Positions 33,178-42,053 of a stretch of 64,000 nt of DNA are shown here, one piece after another. Positions within the stretch are counted from its first letter, which is position 1. Every line of letters begins with the position of its first letter. Below the pieces are notes generated by a model that was not told where the DNA came from, did not search any database, and worked only from the letters and a program-made list of their open reading frames with translations. The position numbers were made by a program, and so were the translations under genes. Origin of the DNA: Synergistales bacterium (GTDB lineage Bacteria > Synergistota > Synergistia > Synergistales > JAFGMB01); assembly GCA_963666205.1 (NCBI GenBank), contig OY762654.1, forward strand, positions 2,592,001 through 2,656,000, read 5' to 3'.

Positions 33178-33223
33178 TCCTTTTATCCAGAGATCTGGAG
33201 TATAGCCAAGGAGGAATATTTTA

Positions 33224-35035
33224 ATGAAGAAAAGAACCTTTGTTCTTCTGTTTATCTACATGACCATTATTTCTGTTTTTTTCCTTTTGCCGGGAAAATC
33301 ATTTAGTAGTGTTAACATGGCGAGATTGACACAGGAGGCTCCTGGTCTCCACAATTATCCCGGATCTGACGGGGTAATCTGGTATAGAGAGGTAAATTAC
33401 TCCCTTACTGCAGATGGACGGATGGAAAAGGATTCAACATGGATTATTCTCGCGAAAAAGGGACTTGATGAACAATGGAGAAACTGGGAGATACCTGTAT
33501 ATCCTGAAGGTTCTGTTGAAGTTTTACAAAGCTCTCTGTATGACCCAGGGACTTCCACCATGATAACTCCTGTGTTGGCGGAGACTGTTGAGTCTGGAAA
33601 TATGGAAATTGTACAGATCCGTTTCCCCGAGCTTCAGGATGAATATCTGATATATCTATCCTATAGGGAGATAATTCCCAAAGATTGCAGACTTGATGAC
33701 TTTCTCTGGATGGCTCTTGACCTTCCCTTATGGGAAAACAGGATCAATGTCAATGTCCCTCAAGGTAGCGAACTGTTCTATTCCTCTGAGGGGATTGACC
33801 CTCCAGTTATCGAGAAACAGGTAGATGCTACCAAACGTTATAGCTGGTCTTCTTTCAATCTTTCACCCCGTAACAGGAGGTCCCTTGCTGTTGATCCAAT
33901 GTCTTTTCTTGCTTTCAGTTTAAGACGCGGAGAGAAAGCTTTTGCCAGGGATATACAGGTTCTTTCTTCCCCTTCTATCCCCCCCTTACCGCCTTCTGTG
34001 GCGGGATTCAATCAGGAAGCCAACAAGACCATTGCAGGAAGCAAAATGATCGGGTTTGTAGAAGAAGCGCCTCTCCTTAGAGGTTTTCCTGCTTCTTATA
34101 TTCGAAAAGATATACCCGAAAACCCTCCATGGAGTGTATTTGAAAAGGTTATCCTTCTCTCTGACTGGTTATCAAGGACCGGCTGGAATTCGGGGCTTTA
34201 CTGGTCGACCGTACAACCTCTGACAGAGGAAACTCCGGGTACAGGGGCATTTGTTTCAATGCCTGTTCTTGAGATAACCCCCCCTGGAGGGAGCTCCGTG
34301 TTTTACCAGCTTGGCCAGGGATTTTCCAATTCTGATTTGCCCCCTCAAATGTGGGGACGGACCGTTTACAGTTATCGGGATGGTGCCCTTTTAAAACGAC
34401 AACTTCCTAAGGGTGAGGCTTCTGATCACAGACTGAACATTAACTGGATACTGGACCTTGCCGAAGATGGTACTCTGTCCGGAAAACTGGAGTTTCTTGT
34501 AAGGAACGGATGGAAAGCCATGTTACTTGAGGATGGCAAGGCCTTTGATGAGTCGGTATCAGGTATGTTGTACAGCTTGAAGATTCCGGGATTTGATCCC
34601 GACAGAATTAAAATATCACCAATTAAATATGGGTCCAGAATCACGGTTCCTGTGATGTTTAACTCAGCTATAATAAGCGGAAACAACCTGTTGCTGAATT
34701 TACCCTCTGTTTTACTTGATCCTTTGCTTGACCTGGGGAAAATGGAACCAGGTTATGAGCTGAAATTTCCTTTTGTGGTGGATCATGGTTTCGAGATAAG
34801 TTTCCCTGATGGATATGAGACAGTCGCTCTTCCCGCGACTTCTGACAGGGATTTCGGTGTTATAAGGCTTAATGAAGATATTTCCATTAACAAGAAAAAA
34901 CAAAGGATTTCAGGAAACATTAAACTTTTAGTCAATACCGATGTTATAGATAATTCTATTCACAGGGCACTCATTGAATCTCTTCGGGAATGGCTGATGT
35001 GGATGGATAAGACCGTACCATTGCATAAAAAATAA
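33224..35035 (+). CDS. Exported protein, probably DUF3857 / transglutaminase-like architecture
   Basis: Signal-peptide-like N-terminus; NYPGSDGVIW...YSLTADGRME and late LAEDGTLSGKL / FPDGYETVALP segments resemble DUF3857/DUF3858 proteins. Confidence 0.55.
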   Translation: MKKRTFVLLFIYMTIISVFFLLPGKSFSSVNMARLTQEAPGLHNYPGSDGVIWYREVNYSLTADGRMEKDSTWIILAKKGLDEQWRNWEIPVYPEGSVEVLQSSLYDPGTSTMITPVLAETVESGNMEIVQIRFPELQDEYLIYLSYREIIPKDCRLDDFLWMALDLPLWENRINVNVPQGSELFYSSEGIDPPVIEKQVDATKRYSWSSFNLSPRNRRSLAVDPMSFLAFSLRRGEKAFARDIQVLSSPSIPPLPPSVAGFNQEANKTIAGSKMIGFVEEAPLLRGFPASYIRKDIPENPPWSVFEKVILLSDWLSRTGWNSGLYWSTVQPLTEETPGTGAFVSMPVLEITPPGGSSVFYQLGQGFSNSDLPPQMWGRTVYSYRDGALLKRQLPKGEASDHRLNINWILDLAEDGTLSGKLEFLVRNGWKAMLLEDGKAFDESVSGMLYSLKIPGFDPDRIKISPIKYGSRITVPVMFNSAIISGNNLLLNLPSVLLDPLLDLGKMEPGYELKFPFVVDHGFEISFPDGYETVALPATSDRDFGVIRLNEDISINKKKQRISGNIKLLVNTDVIDNSIHRALIESLREWLMWMDKTVPLHKK

Positions 35036-35052
35036 ATTTTGGAGGTGTCCCT

Positions 35053-36726
35053 ATGTCTGATATTAAGGATATCCTTAATGACATAATACAAGAAGCTTTA
35101 ACGGGTTTATGCAGAGATAATGACATGGAAACAGATCTTCCTGAAATAATTCTTGAAAGGCCCAAACGTCAGGGGCAGGGAGATTGGGCCACCAATGTCG
35201 CCCTTCAGATGGCCCGGAATTTCAACTTGCCACCCCGTGAGCTTGCCAGGCTCTTTGTTGAAAGATTACCGGAAAATGCTCATATTAAGAAGGTCGAGAT
35301 AGCCGGTCCGGGTTTTATTAATTTTTTCCTTACCAATAGGTGGATCAGGGACATAGTTGAAGATATACTTTCCAGCAATGATGCTTATGGCAGGCCGGAT
35401 CTTGGAAAGGATAGAAATGTTCAGGTTGAGTTCGTAAGCGCAAATCCAACTGGTCCTCTTCATGTCGGACATGGTAGAGGAGCAGCTGTAGGTGATATAA
35501 CCGCAAATATTCTTTCCTTTGCCGGGTGGAATGTTCAGAGAGAGTATTATGTGAACGATGCTGGACTTCAGATGGATATTCTAGGGAGATCGACCAGGGC
35601 CAGGTATTTTGAGCTTGCGGGTTTTCCTGAAAAAGCACCTTTCCCGGAAGACGGGTATAAAGGGGATTATATCTACGATCTCGCAAAGGGACTCCTGGAG
35701 GAAAAAGGTGTCAGTCTCCTTGAGATGGCTACTGAGGATAGCCTTCCATTCTTCAGGGATTATGCTTCCGATAATATCCTAAATAGTATCAAGAAGGATC
35801 TTGAAGGATTTGGAGTCAAGTTTGACAGGTGGTTTTCAGAAAAGAGTCTCTACGATAACCAGCTTGTTATGCGGACAGTTAACTATCTCAAAGATAAGGG
35901 CTATGTTTATGAAGAAGAGGGTGCCCTCTGGTTCAGGTCAACTGCTTTTGAAGATGAGAAGGACAGGGTACTCATCCGTGCAAATGGTGTTCCCACCTAT
36001 TTTGCTTCCGATGTAGCCTATCATAAGGAAAAATTTGACAGGGGATTTGACAGGGTAATTGATGTCTGGGGTGCAGATCACCATGGATATATCCCCAGAG
36101 TCAGATCTGCTATTGCTGCCCTGGGAAAGGACCCGGATGCTTTCAGCGTTTTTCTTATTCAGTTCGTGAATCTTCTTCGAGGGGGGGAGCAGATAGCCAT
36201 GTCAACCAGAGCGGGAGAATTTATCACGCTCAAGGACGTTCTGGATGAAGTTGGAGTCGATGCTACCAGGTATTTCTTTGTAATGCGCAGATCTGACAGT
36301 CACCTCGACTTCGATCTGGAGCTGGCAAAAAGACAATCCACAGATAACCCCGTTTATTATATCCAGTATGCACATGCCCGTATCTGCAGTGTTCTGAAAG
36401 AAGCTGACACTAGAGGAATAACACTTGACATTGAAGAAGGTTTTGATGAAGAGACCCTTTCCACTCCTGAGGAGAAGCGTCTGGCAGCAAGAATATCAGC
36501 CTTCCCGGAGGAAGTGGAAAAAGCGGCCCTGGAAATGGCTCCCCATGTTATCGCGAATTATGCCCTGGAACTCGCAGGAGATTTTCATTCTTTTTATAAT
36601 TCCTGTCGGATCCTGGGAGAAAGTGACGGGATAATGAAAGCAAGACTATTTCTGGCTGAGGCTGCCGGTATACTCCTTGCCACCAATCTCAGGCTCCTTG
36701 GAATAAGTGCACCGGAGAGGATGTAA
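35053..36726 (+). CDS. argS: Arginine--tRNA ligase
   Basis: AGPGFINF, EFVSANPTGPLHVGHGRGA, WGADHHGY, NPVYYIQYAHARI, APERM end. Confidence 0.98.
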   Translation: MSDIKDILNDIIQEALTGLCRDNDMETDLPEIILERPKRQGQGDWATNVALQMARNFNLPPRELARLFVERLPENAHIKKVEIAGPGFINFFLTNRWIRDIVEDILSSNDAYGRPDLGKDRNVQVEFVSANPTGPLHVGHGRGAAVGDITANILSFAGWNVQREYYVNDAGLQMDILGRSTRARYFELAGFPEKAPFPEDGYKGDYIYDLAKGLLEEKGVSLLEMATEDSLPFFRDYASDNILNSIKKDLEGFGVKFDRWFSEKSLYDNQLVMRTVNYLKDKGYVYEEEGALWFRSTAFEDEKDRVLIRANGVPTYFASDVAYHKEKFDRGFDRVIDVWGADHHGYIPRVRSAIAALGKDPDAFSVFLIQFVNLLRGGEQIAMSTRAGEFITLKDVLDEVGVDATRYFFVMRRSDSHLDFDLELAKRQSTDNPVYYIQYAHARICSVLKEADTRGITLDIEEGFDEETLSTPEEKRLAARISAFPEEVEKAALEMAPHVIANYALELAGDFHSFYNSCRILGESDGIMKARLFLAEAAGILLATNLRLLGISAPERM

Positions 36727-37032
36727 TTGCCTAAACTCCGCTGGGTAGCTATTATATGCACCTTTTTTCTTTTTCTTGCGATAATGGCTACCTCCTATTA
36801 TCATGAGTTCCTGAAGATATCGAGGTTTTCAAGGAAACTGGACAGCCAGATGTCCAGGCTTGTTTTACTGAGCCGAACTATGCAGGAATATCAGGAAAAG
36901 ATCGATTATTACAGTACGCCAGAAGGTGTTGCAAGGCTTGCCCGTGAAGAATTTAACTTTGCCTATCCTGATGAGAGAATATACAAGATAGTTCTGGTTT
37001 CTCCTGATCACTTGTCTGAAAACAATCAGTAG
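36727..37032 (+). CDS. Septum formation initiator family protein (FtsB/DivIC-like)
   Basis: Single TM, coiled coil, then TPEGVARLAREEFNFAYPDERIY. Confidence 0.72.
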   Translation: MPKLRWVAIICTFFLFLAIMATSYYHEFLKISRFSRKLDSQMSRLVLLSRTMQEYQEKIDYYSTPEGVARLAREEFNFAYPDERIYKIVLVSPDHLSENNQ

Positions 37033-37040
37033 CTTATAAT
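37012..37040 (+). promoter_or_regulatory. Sigma70-type promoter for rpsF-ssb-rpsR
   Basis: TTGTCT-17 bp-TATAAT. Confidence 0.7.
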
Positions 37041-37052
37041 AACACGGTTGTG

Positions 37053-37099
37053 TCCCTGTCTCTTCTGAATGAAGAGACCATAAGACCATAGGGAGGAGG
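37053..37099 (+). promoter_or_regulatory. Probable S6:S18 autoregulatory leader RNA
   Basis: GTCTCTTC-TGAAT-GAAGAGAC hairpin closed by TCCCT/AGGGA, which overlaps the rpsF Shine-Dalgarno; unpaired CC on the 3' side. Confidence 0.65.
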
Positions 37100-37107
37100 T
37101 GAATAAC

Positions 37108-37392
37108 GTGCGACCCTACGAAATGATGATCCTTGTTAATCCAGATCTGGAAGACCCGAAAGAGGAGATTTCCAATGTAGAGGAGGTCGTGCGCGGTCTT
37201 GGAGGAGAAATCGCCAAGACTGACATCTGGGGGAAAAGGCGTCTTGCCTATCCCATAGATAAGCACACGGAAGGCTTTTATGCAGTATGTAATTTCAAGT
37301 TTGACCAGGTACAGCTGAAGGAACTTGATCGTGTACTCAAACTTCGTTCAGAAGTCTGGCGTCATATGGTTGTAAGACTTGACGAAGAGTAA
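37108..37392 (+). CDS. rpsF: 30S ribosomal protein S6
   Basis: RPYEMMILVNPD, WGKRRLAYPI; GGAGG before GTG 37108. Confidence 0.97.
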   Translation: MRPYEMMILVNPDLEDPKEEISNVEEVVRGLGGEIAKTDIWGKRRLAYPIDKHTEGFYAVCNFKFDQVQLKELDRVLKLRSEVWRHMVVRLDEE

Positions 37393-37404
37393 GGGGTGGA
37401 GAAG

Positions 37405-37899
37405 TTGGCGCGAGGTTTTAACAAGGTAATTCTGATGGGTAACCTTGCGAGGGACCCTGAGATTCGTTATACCGTAGACAAAAGAGCATGGGCACGTTTT
37501 ACCATAGCGGTCAATCGCCAGTGGAAAGGCCGAAATGGAGAACTTCAGAGTTCTGCCGATTTTATCCCTGTCGTTGTATGGGGACCTCAGGCAGAACATT
37601 GTGAAAGATATCTGAGAAAAGGTCAGGCTGTTCTTGTGGAGGGCCGACTTCAGGTGCGGAACTATGAAGATAAATCAGGCACTCGAAGATATGTAACCGA
37701 AGTGGCAGCCCAGAGTGTTAATTTTGTTGGTTCTCGAAGAGACGAAGGGTCTGGCTTCAGTAAAGACTCCGCTTCCAGCGACGACATGGGAAGTATCAGA
37801 GACAAAGGATTCGGTGGAGAAGACTTTCCCCTTGATTTTTCCGAAATGGATGGAATGAATAACGATGGGGATGATGGGGATGCGGATATTCCCTTTTAG
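37405..37899 (+). CDS. ssb: Single-stranded DNA-binding protein
   Basis: NKVILMGNLARDPEIRYT, VEGRLQVRNY, C-terminal DIPF. Confidence 0.97.
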   Translation: MARGFNKVILMGNLARDPEIRYTVDKRAWARFTIAVNRQWKGRNGELQSSADFIPVVVWGPQAEHCERYLRKGQAVLVEGRLQVRNYEDKSGTRRYVTEVAAQSVNFVGSRRDEGSGFSKDSASSDDMGSIRDKGFGGEDFPLDFSEMDGMNNDGDDGDADIPF

Positions 37900-37945
37900 G
37901 TCATGATCCCAGATCCCTTAAGCATGTGCGAGAGGAGGAAGATCA

Positions 37946-38182
37946 ATGGCATATGTTCGTAGAAGGGGCGGCAAACGCCGTCCAAAGGTGTGCTTTTTTT
38001 GTGTGGACAAGGTCGATCATGCAGATTACAAGGATCTTGACCGTCTGAAAAAATATATAAGTGAGCGTGGCAAGATAATGCCTCGCAGAGTTACAGGAAA
38101 CTGTGCCAAGCACCAGCGTCAGCTTACTACTGCCATAAAGAGGGCCAGGCATATGGCTCTTCTGCCTTTCACAGTAGAATAG
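37946..38182 (+). CDS. rpsR: 30S ribosomal protein S18 (Cys-containing form)
   Basis: [31 protein letters not shown]. Confidence 0.97.
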   Translation: MAYVRRRGGKRRPKVCFFCVDKVDHADYKDLDRLKKYISERGKIMPRRVTGNCAKHQRQLTTAIKRARHMALLPFTVE

Positions 38183-38198
38183 GCAATATCCGGATCAT

Positions 38199-38238
38199 AC
38201 GAAGGGGAGTAAGCTTTTGCTTCTCCCCTTCGTTTTTT
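38199..38238 (+). terminator. Intrinsic terminator after rpsR
   Basis: ACGAAGGGGAG...CTCCCCTTCGT followed by a T-run. Confidence 0.85.
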
Positions 38239-38283
38239 ACCGGTATAAATATTCTTCCTGCTATAAATTGCTTTCCAGAAAGG

Positions 38284-39240
38284 ATGTTTGTGTTGACCCA
38301 GACAAAGAGTCTTGTGGAGTCCTCTCTCCTGGTAGGCCTTGCTGTTGTTATGTTTCTGGCTTCCCATGTTCTTCCGGTAATAGGTGTAATATTTTCCTTT
38401 TTGTGCCCGGCGCCGCTGGTAATTCTTGGTCTCCGCCATGATATCAAAAAAGCATCCCTGGGAGTTATGGTCGCCTCATTTATAGTCATGGCCTTCCTTG
38501 GACCGGTTGGAGCTATGTTCTTTTTATTTGGTTTTGGAGTGCTTGGGGTCGGACTCGGTTTTCTGGCTAAGAGGTATACCAGCGGAGTAGAGATAATCCT
38601 TTTTGGCATACTGATATCTCTGGGAAGCAAATTGCTTTTAATGGTCATAGTAAGTAAACTTAGTGGCATTAACCCCTTTTCCATGGACCCTTCAGAAATG
38701 ACTGGAATGGTTGACAAAGTATTTGCGTTTTATGCTGAAAGGGGTATGTCCGGAGATGCTCTCGAGACGATCAGGGATCAGGTATATAACTCTATCCGGA
38801 TGATACCACTTATTTTCCCGGCTCTACTCTCCATGGCTGCTGCTGTAGATTGCTATCTAAGTTATATGGTCAGCAGTATGGTAATGAAGAGGATCCATGG
38901 CACAATGCTTCCGCCTCTCCCTTCTTTCAGTCAGTGGAGGTTTCCTAAAAGCATCTTTCTTGCTCTTGTTGTTTCATTGGTGTTCTCTCTTGTCGGAGGC
39001 CAGGGTCAGTGGAACACATGGACCAAGATCGGAACTAACCTGAGGCTCCTCGTAAATATCGTATTTCTGTTACAGGGACTTTCATTGGTATGGTTCTACC
39101 TGGCCAGTAAAAATGTTTTTTCATTGCTCAAGGGAATAATTATTGTTTTAATATTATTTATTCCTATCCTGTCTCAATTGGTTTTACTCTTGGGTATAAT
39201 AGATATGTGGTTCGATATAAGGACTCGTTTTGCGAGGTGA
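38284..39240 (+). CDS. DUF2232 / YybS-family membrane protein
   Basis: TKSLVESSLL, PAPLVILGLRH, PSFSQWRFPK, LQGLS, LGIIDMWFDIR; between rpsR and rplI. Confidence 0.85.
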   Translation: MFVLTQTKSLVESSLLVGLAVVMFLASHVLPVIGVIFSFLCPAPLVILGLRHDIKKASLGVMVASFIVMAFLGPVGAMFFLFGFGVLGVGLGFLAKRYTSGVEIILFGILISLGSKLLLMVIVSKLSGINPFSMDPSEMTGMVDKVFAFYAERGMSGDALETIRDQVYNSIRMIPLIFPALLSMAAAVDCYLSYMVSSMVMKRIHGTMLPPLPSFSQWRFPKSIFLALVVSLVFSLVGGQGQWNTWTKIGTNLRLLVNIVFLLQGLSLVWFYLASKNVFSLLKGIIIVLILFIPILSQLVLLLGIIDMWFDIRTRFAR

Positions 39241-39246
39241 AGATTT

Positions 39247-39693
39247 TTGAAGGTAATATTAGTTGAAGATGTAAAGAAACTTGGGAAAAAGGGTGAACTT
39301 GTCGATGCTTCTGACGGTTATGCCAGGAATTTCCTTATTCCGAGAGGTTTAGCCGAAGAGGCTACTGCACCCAGACTTCAGGAATGGAAACAGAAACAAA
39401 GATCTATGGAAGCAAAGGAATCCAGGCTGAAGCAGAATGCGGATGATATAAGAAAGCATCTCCAGGGAAAACAGGTCAAAGTTAAAGTGAGTTGCGGTGA
39501 AACCGGTAAGTTATTTGGAAGTGTTACAAGTTTACACGTGGCTGAGGCTATCAAAGAGCAGATGGAGGTTGATGTAGCCAGAAAAGATATAAAGATGGCT
39601 GAAGTCATAAAGAATACTGGCCTATATCCCTTTACAATTAAACTGTACCCAGGCGTAGAGGCCAAAATGACATTGACCGTAGAGGGTGAATAA
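39247..39693 (+). CDS. rplI: 50S ribosomal protein L9
   Basis: KVILVEDVKKLGKKG, DGYARNFLIP, GKLFGSVT. Confidence 0.97.
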   Translation: MKVILVEDVKKLGKKGELVDASDGYARNFLIPRGLAEEATAPRLQEWKQKQRSMEAKESRLKQNADDIRKHLQGKQVKVKVSCGETGKLFGSVTSLHVAEAIKEQMEVDVARKDIKMAEVIKNTGLYPFTIKLYPGVEAKMTLTVEGE

Positions 39694-41048
39694 TGCTTAG
39701 CCAATCCCTTCTTGACAGGGTAGTGCCTCACAGTCTCGAGGCTGAGAGGGCCGTTCTTGGTGCCTGTATTGTTGATCGGGATGCGCTCAATACTGTGATA
39801 GAGATGCTTGAAATGACAGATTTTTATGATCTCAATCACCAGGTCGCCTTTGAAGCTATTGCAGATATGTCCCACAGGGATAAACCTGTCGACCCCCTTA
39901 CACTTATGGATGAGTTTTCCAAGAGGGGCATTACAGAAAGACTTGGAGGGCAGGCTTTTATCGTAGGTCTGGTTGATGCGGTTCCAACTACTGCCAATGT
40001 TGAATACCACTCTGCTATTGTCAAGGAAAAATCCCTGCACCGGCGATTGATACAAGTAGGTAATCAATTGGTTAAGCTCGGTTACTCGGAAGACAGGGAT
40101 GTAAAAGATCTTATGGAAGAGGCGGAACAGGCTGTTTTCGCTATATCTCAGGACAGGAATAAAAGGACCTTTAAAGCAGTTGCGGATGTTCTGCCTCCTG
40201 CTTTTAAAAGAATTGAGGAGCAGTTCCATAATACGGACCAGACAGTTACCGGAACCCAGACGCCTTTTATAGATTTTAACCGTCTGACAAGCGGTTTCCA
40301 GCCTGGAAGCCTGAATATTATTGCTGCACGCCCTTCAATGGGGAAGACCGCCCTTGCCATAAATATGGCTGAATATGTTGGAACAGAGAGACATACTCCC
40401 GTCCTGATTTTCAGCCTTGAAATGGGGGCTGAACAGCTTGTACAAAGAATGCTGGGTTCAGTGGCGGGAATTAATATACATGACCTTAACACGGGCTCTT
40501 TTGCTGATAAGGACTGGGATAAACTCACTAATGCTGCCGCAAAACTCTCTCAGTCATCAATTTTCATTGATGACAGCTCAATGCTTTCGACAGTAGAATT
40601 CAGGGCAAGGTGTAGAAGATTTAAAGCTCGTTACGAAAATCTTGGCCTTATAGTTGTTGACTATCTTCAGTTGATGAGTTTTTCGAGAAAAATAGACAGT
40701 AAACAGCAGGAAGTAGCAGAGATCTCAAGGGCTCTCAAGGGTGTGGCTAGAGAACTGGAAGTTCCGGTAATAGCTTTATCTCAGCTTTCAAGAGCAGTTG
40801 AACAGCGGACAGAAAAGATCCCTCAACTTTCAGACCTCAGGGATAGCGGAGCCATCGAACAGGATGCGGACATGGTGCTTCTTCTTTACAGAAAGGGCTA
40901 TTATGATTCCGCTCAGTCGGAGGAAGAAGAGGATAATACTGCTCTTATAAGGATTGCCAAGCACAGGAATGGTCCAACAGGAGACATAAGGCTGATATTC
41001 ATAAAAGAATTCACTCGTTTTGAAAACTATGGTGGTTTCGGATTTTAA
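39693..41048 (+). CDS. dnaB: Replicative DNA helicase
   Basis: PHSLEAERAVLG, AARPSMGKT, VDYLQLM, LSQLSR, SDLRDSGAIEQDAD, KHRNGPTG; no intein. Confidence 0.98.
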   Translation: MLSQSLLDRVVPHSLEAERAVLGACIVDRDALNTVIEMLEMTDFYDLNHQVAFEAIADMSHRDKPVDPLTLMDEFSKRGITERLGGQAFIVGLVDAVPTTANVEYHSAIVKEKSLHRRLIQVGNQLVKLGYSEDRDVKDLMEEAEQAVFAISQDRNKRTFKAVADVLPPAFKRIEEQFHNTDQTVTGTQTPFIDFNRLTSGFQPGSLNIIAARPSMGKTALAINMAEYVGTERHTPVLIFSLEMGAEQLVQRMLGSVAGINIHDLNTGSFADKDWDKLTNAAAKLSQSSIFIDDSSMLSTVEFRARCRRFKARYENLGLIVVDYLQLMSFSRKIDSKQQEVAEISRALKGVARELEVPVIALSQLSRAVEQRTEKIPQLSDLRDSGAIEQDADMVLLLYRKGYYDSAQSEEEEDNTALIRIAKHRNGPTGDIRLIFIKEFTRFENYGGFGF

Positions 41049-41111
41049 ATTCAGAAATTTTTCCATTGAAGTCTTTTTTAATGTCATTTATTTTTTCTCT
41101 GGAGGCGCTAA

Positions 41112-42053
41112 ATGCTTGGAGCCGGAAGATTTTTCAGAACTGATCCGCTTGTTGTCGAAAAGGAAGATATATCTTCTCCCCTTTATCTGCAGGGAACAAA
41201 TGTGCTGGAAATACCTCTGGATGAGATCCGTCCAAACCCATCCCAGCCACGGAAAGTCTTTGATGAAAATATGCTGGAAGAACTTTCAGCGTCCATAAGG
41301 GAGATCGGCCTTATTCAGCCAGTTGTAGTACGCCCTCTGGAACAAGGTTACGAACTGATCGTTGGTGAGAGAAGACTCAGGGCTGCCCGTAAAGCGGGTC
41401 TGGTTAAGATTCCTGCCCTTGTTCAGGATGTTGAACCTTCACGGCAGCGTCTGATGGCTCTTATGGAGAATATCCATAGGAGCGATCTGACTTCAGTGGA
41501 AGAAGCCCTTTCGTTGAAGGAGATCCTTGACAGAACCGGTTGGAATCAGACCGAACTGGCAGGCAAACTTGGAAGATCCCAGTCCTCTATTGCCAATAAA
41601 TTACGCCTCCTGCGACTTGAAGATCCTGTACAGCAAATGATACTTTCAGGCAAACTTGGTGAAAGGCAGGCGCGAGCTCTGATCGGACTCCCTGCCCCGG
41701 AACAGGTTGTTCTGGCTGAAAGAACTATTGAAGAAGATATCAGTGCCAAAAAGCTTGAAGAGCTTGCCGGATCCCTCCTTAAGAAGCTGCGTTCTCAAGG
41801 AGATAAGCCCCCTGTTTGTTCCAGAAAGCCTGCAGGTCTTCCTTTCTTTGGTCCGGAAGGTCCTACTGGAGCTCTCTTGAAAGATCTTGCACTGGTTGTC
41901 GAAGGAAGCAGGAAAAAGGGTGTACCGGTTCTATGGAAAGTTAGACAGCTTGCGCAGAATGAACTGGTTGTAGAGATAAAGGTCAACCTCGATGATAAAC
42001 ATAAAGATCTCAGGAAGGCAGTGAATGGACTCAATGAAGAAGAAACAGACTGA
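41112..42053 (+). CDS. ParB/Spo0J-family CTPase, Noc-like
   Basis: PNPSQPRK, GLIQPVVVR, GERRLRAA, ENIHRSDL, HTH GRSQSSIANKLRLL. Confidence 0.9.
   Translation: MLGAGRFFRTDPLVVEKEDISSPLYLQGTNVLEIPLDEIRPNPSQPRKVFDENMLEELSASIREIGLIQPVVVRPLEQGYELIVGERRLRAARKAGLVKIPALVQDVEPSRQRLMALMENIHRSDLTSVEEALSLKEILDRTGWNQTELAGKLGRSQSSIANKLRLLRLEDPVQQMILSGKLGERQARALIGLPAPEQVVLAERTIEEDISAKKLEELAGSLLKKLRSQGDKPPVCSRKPAGLPFFGPEGPTGALLKDLALVVEGSRKKGVPVLWKVRQLAQNELVVEIKVNLDDKHKDLRKAVNGLNEEETD

Noticed and set aside
38284-39693. Absence of gdpP between DUF2232 and rplI as a deletion scar
   Set aside because: The genes are 6 bp apart with no remnant, so this is just lineage gene order
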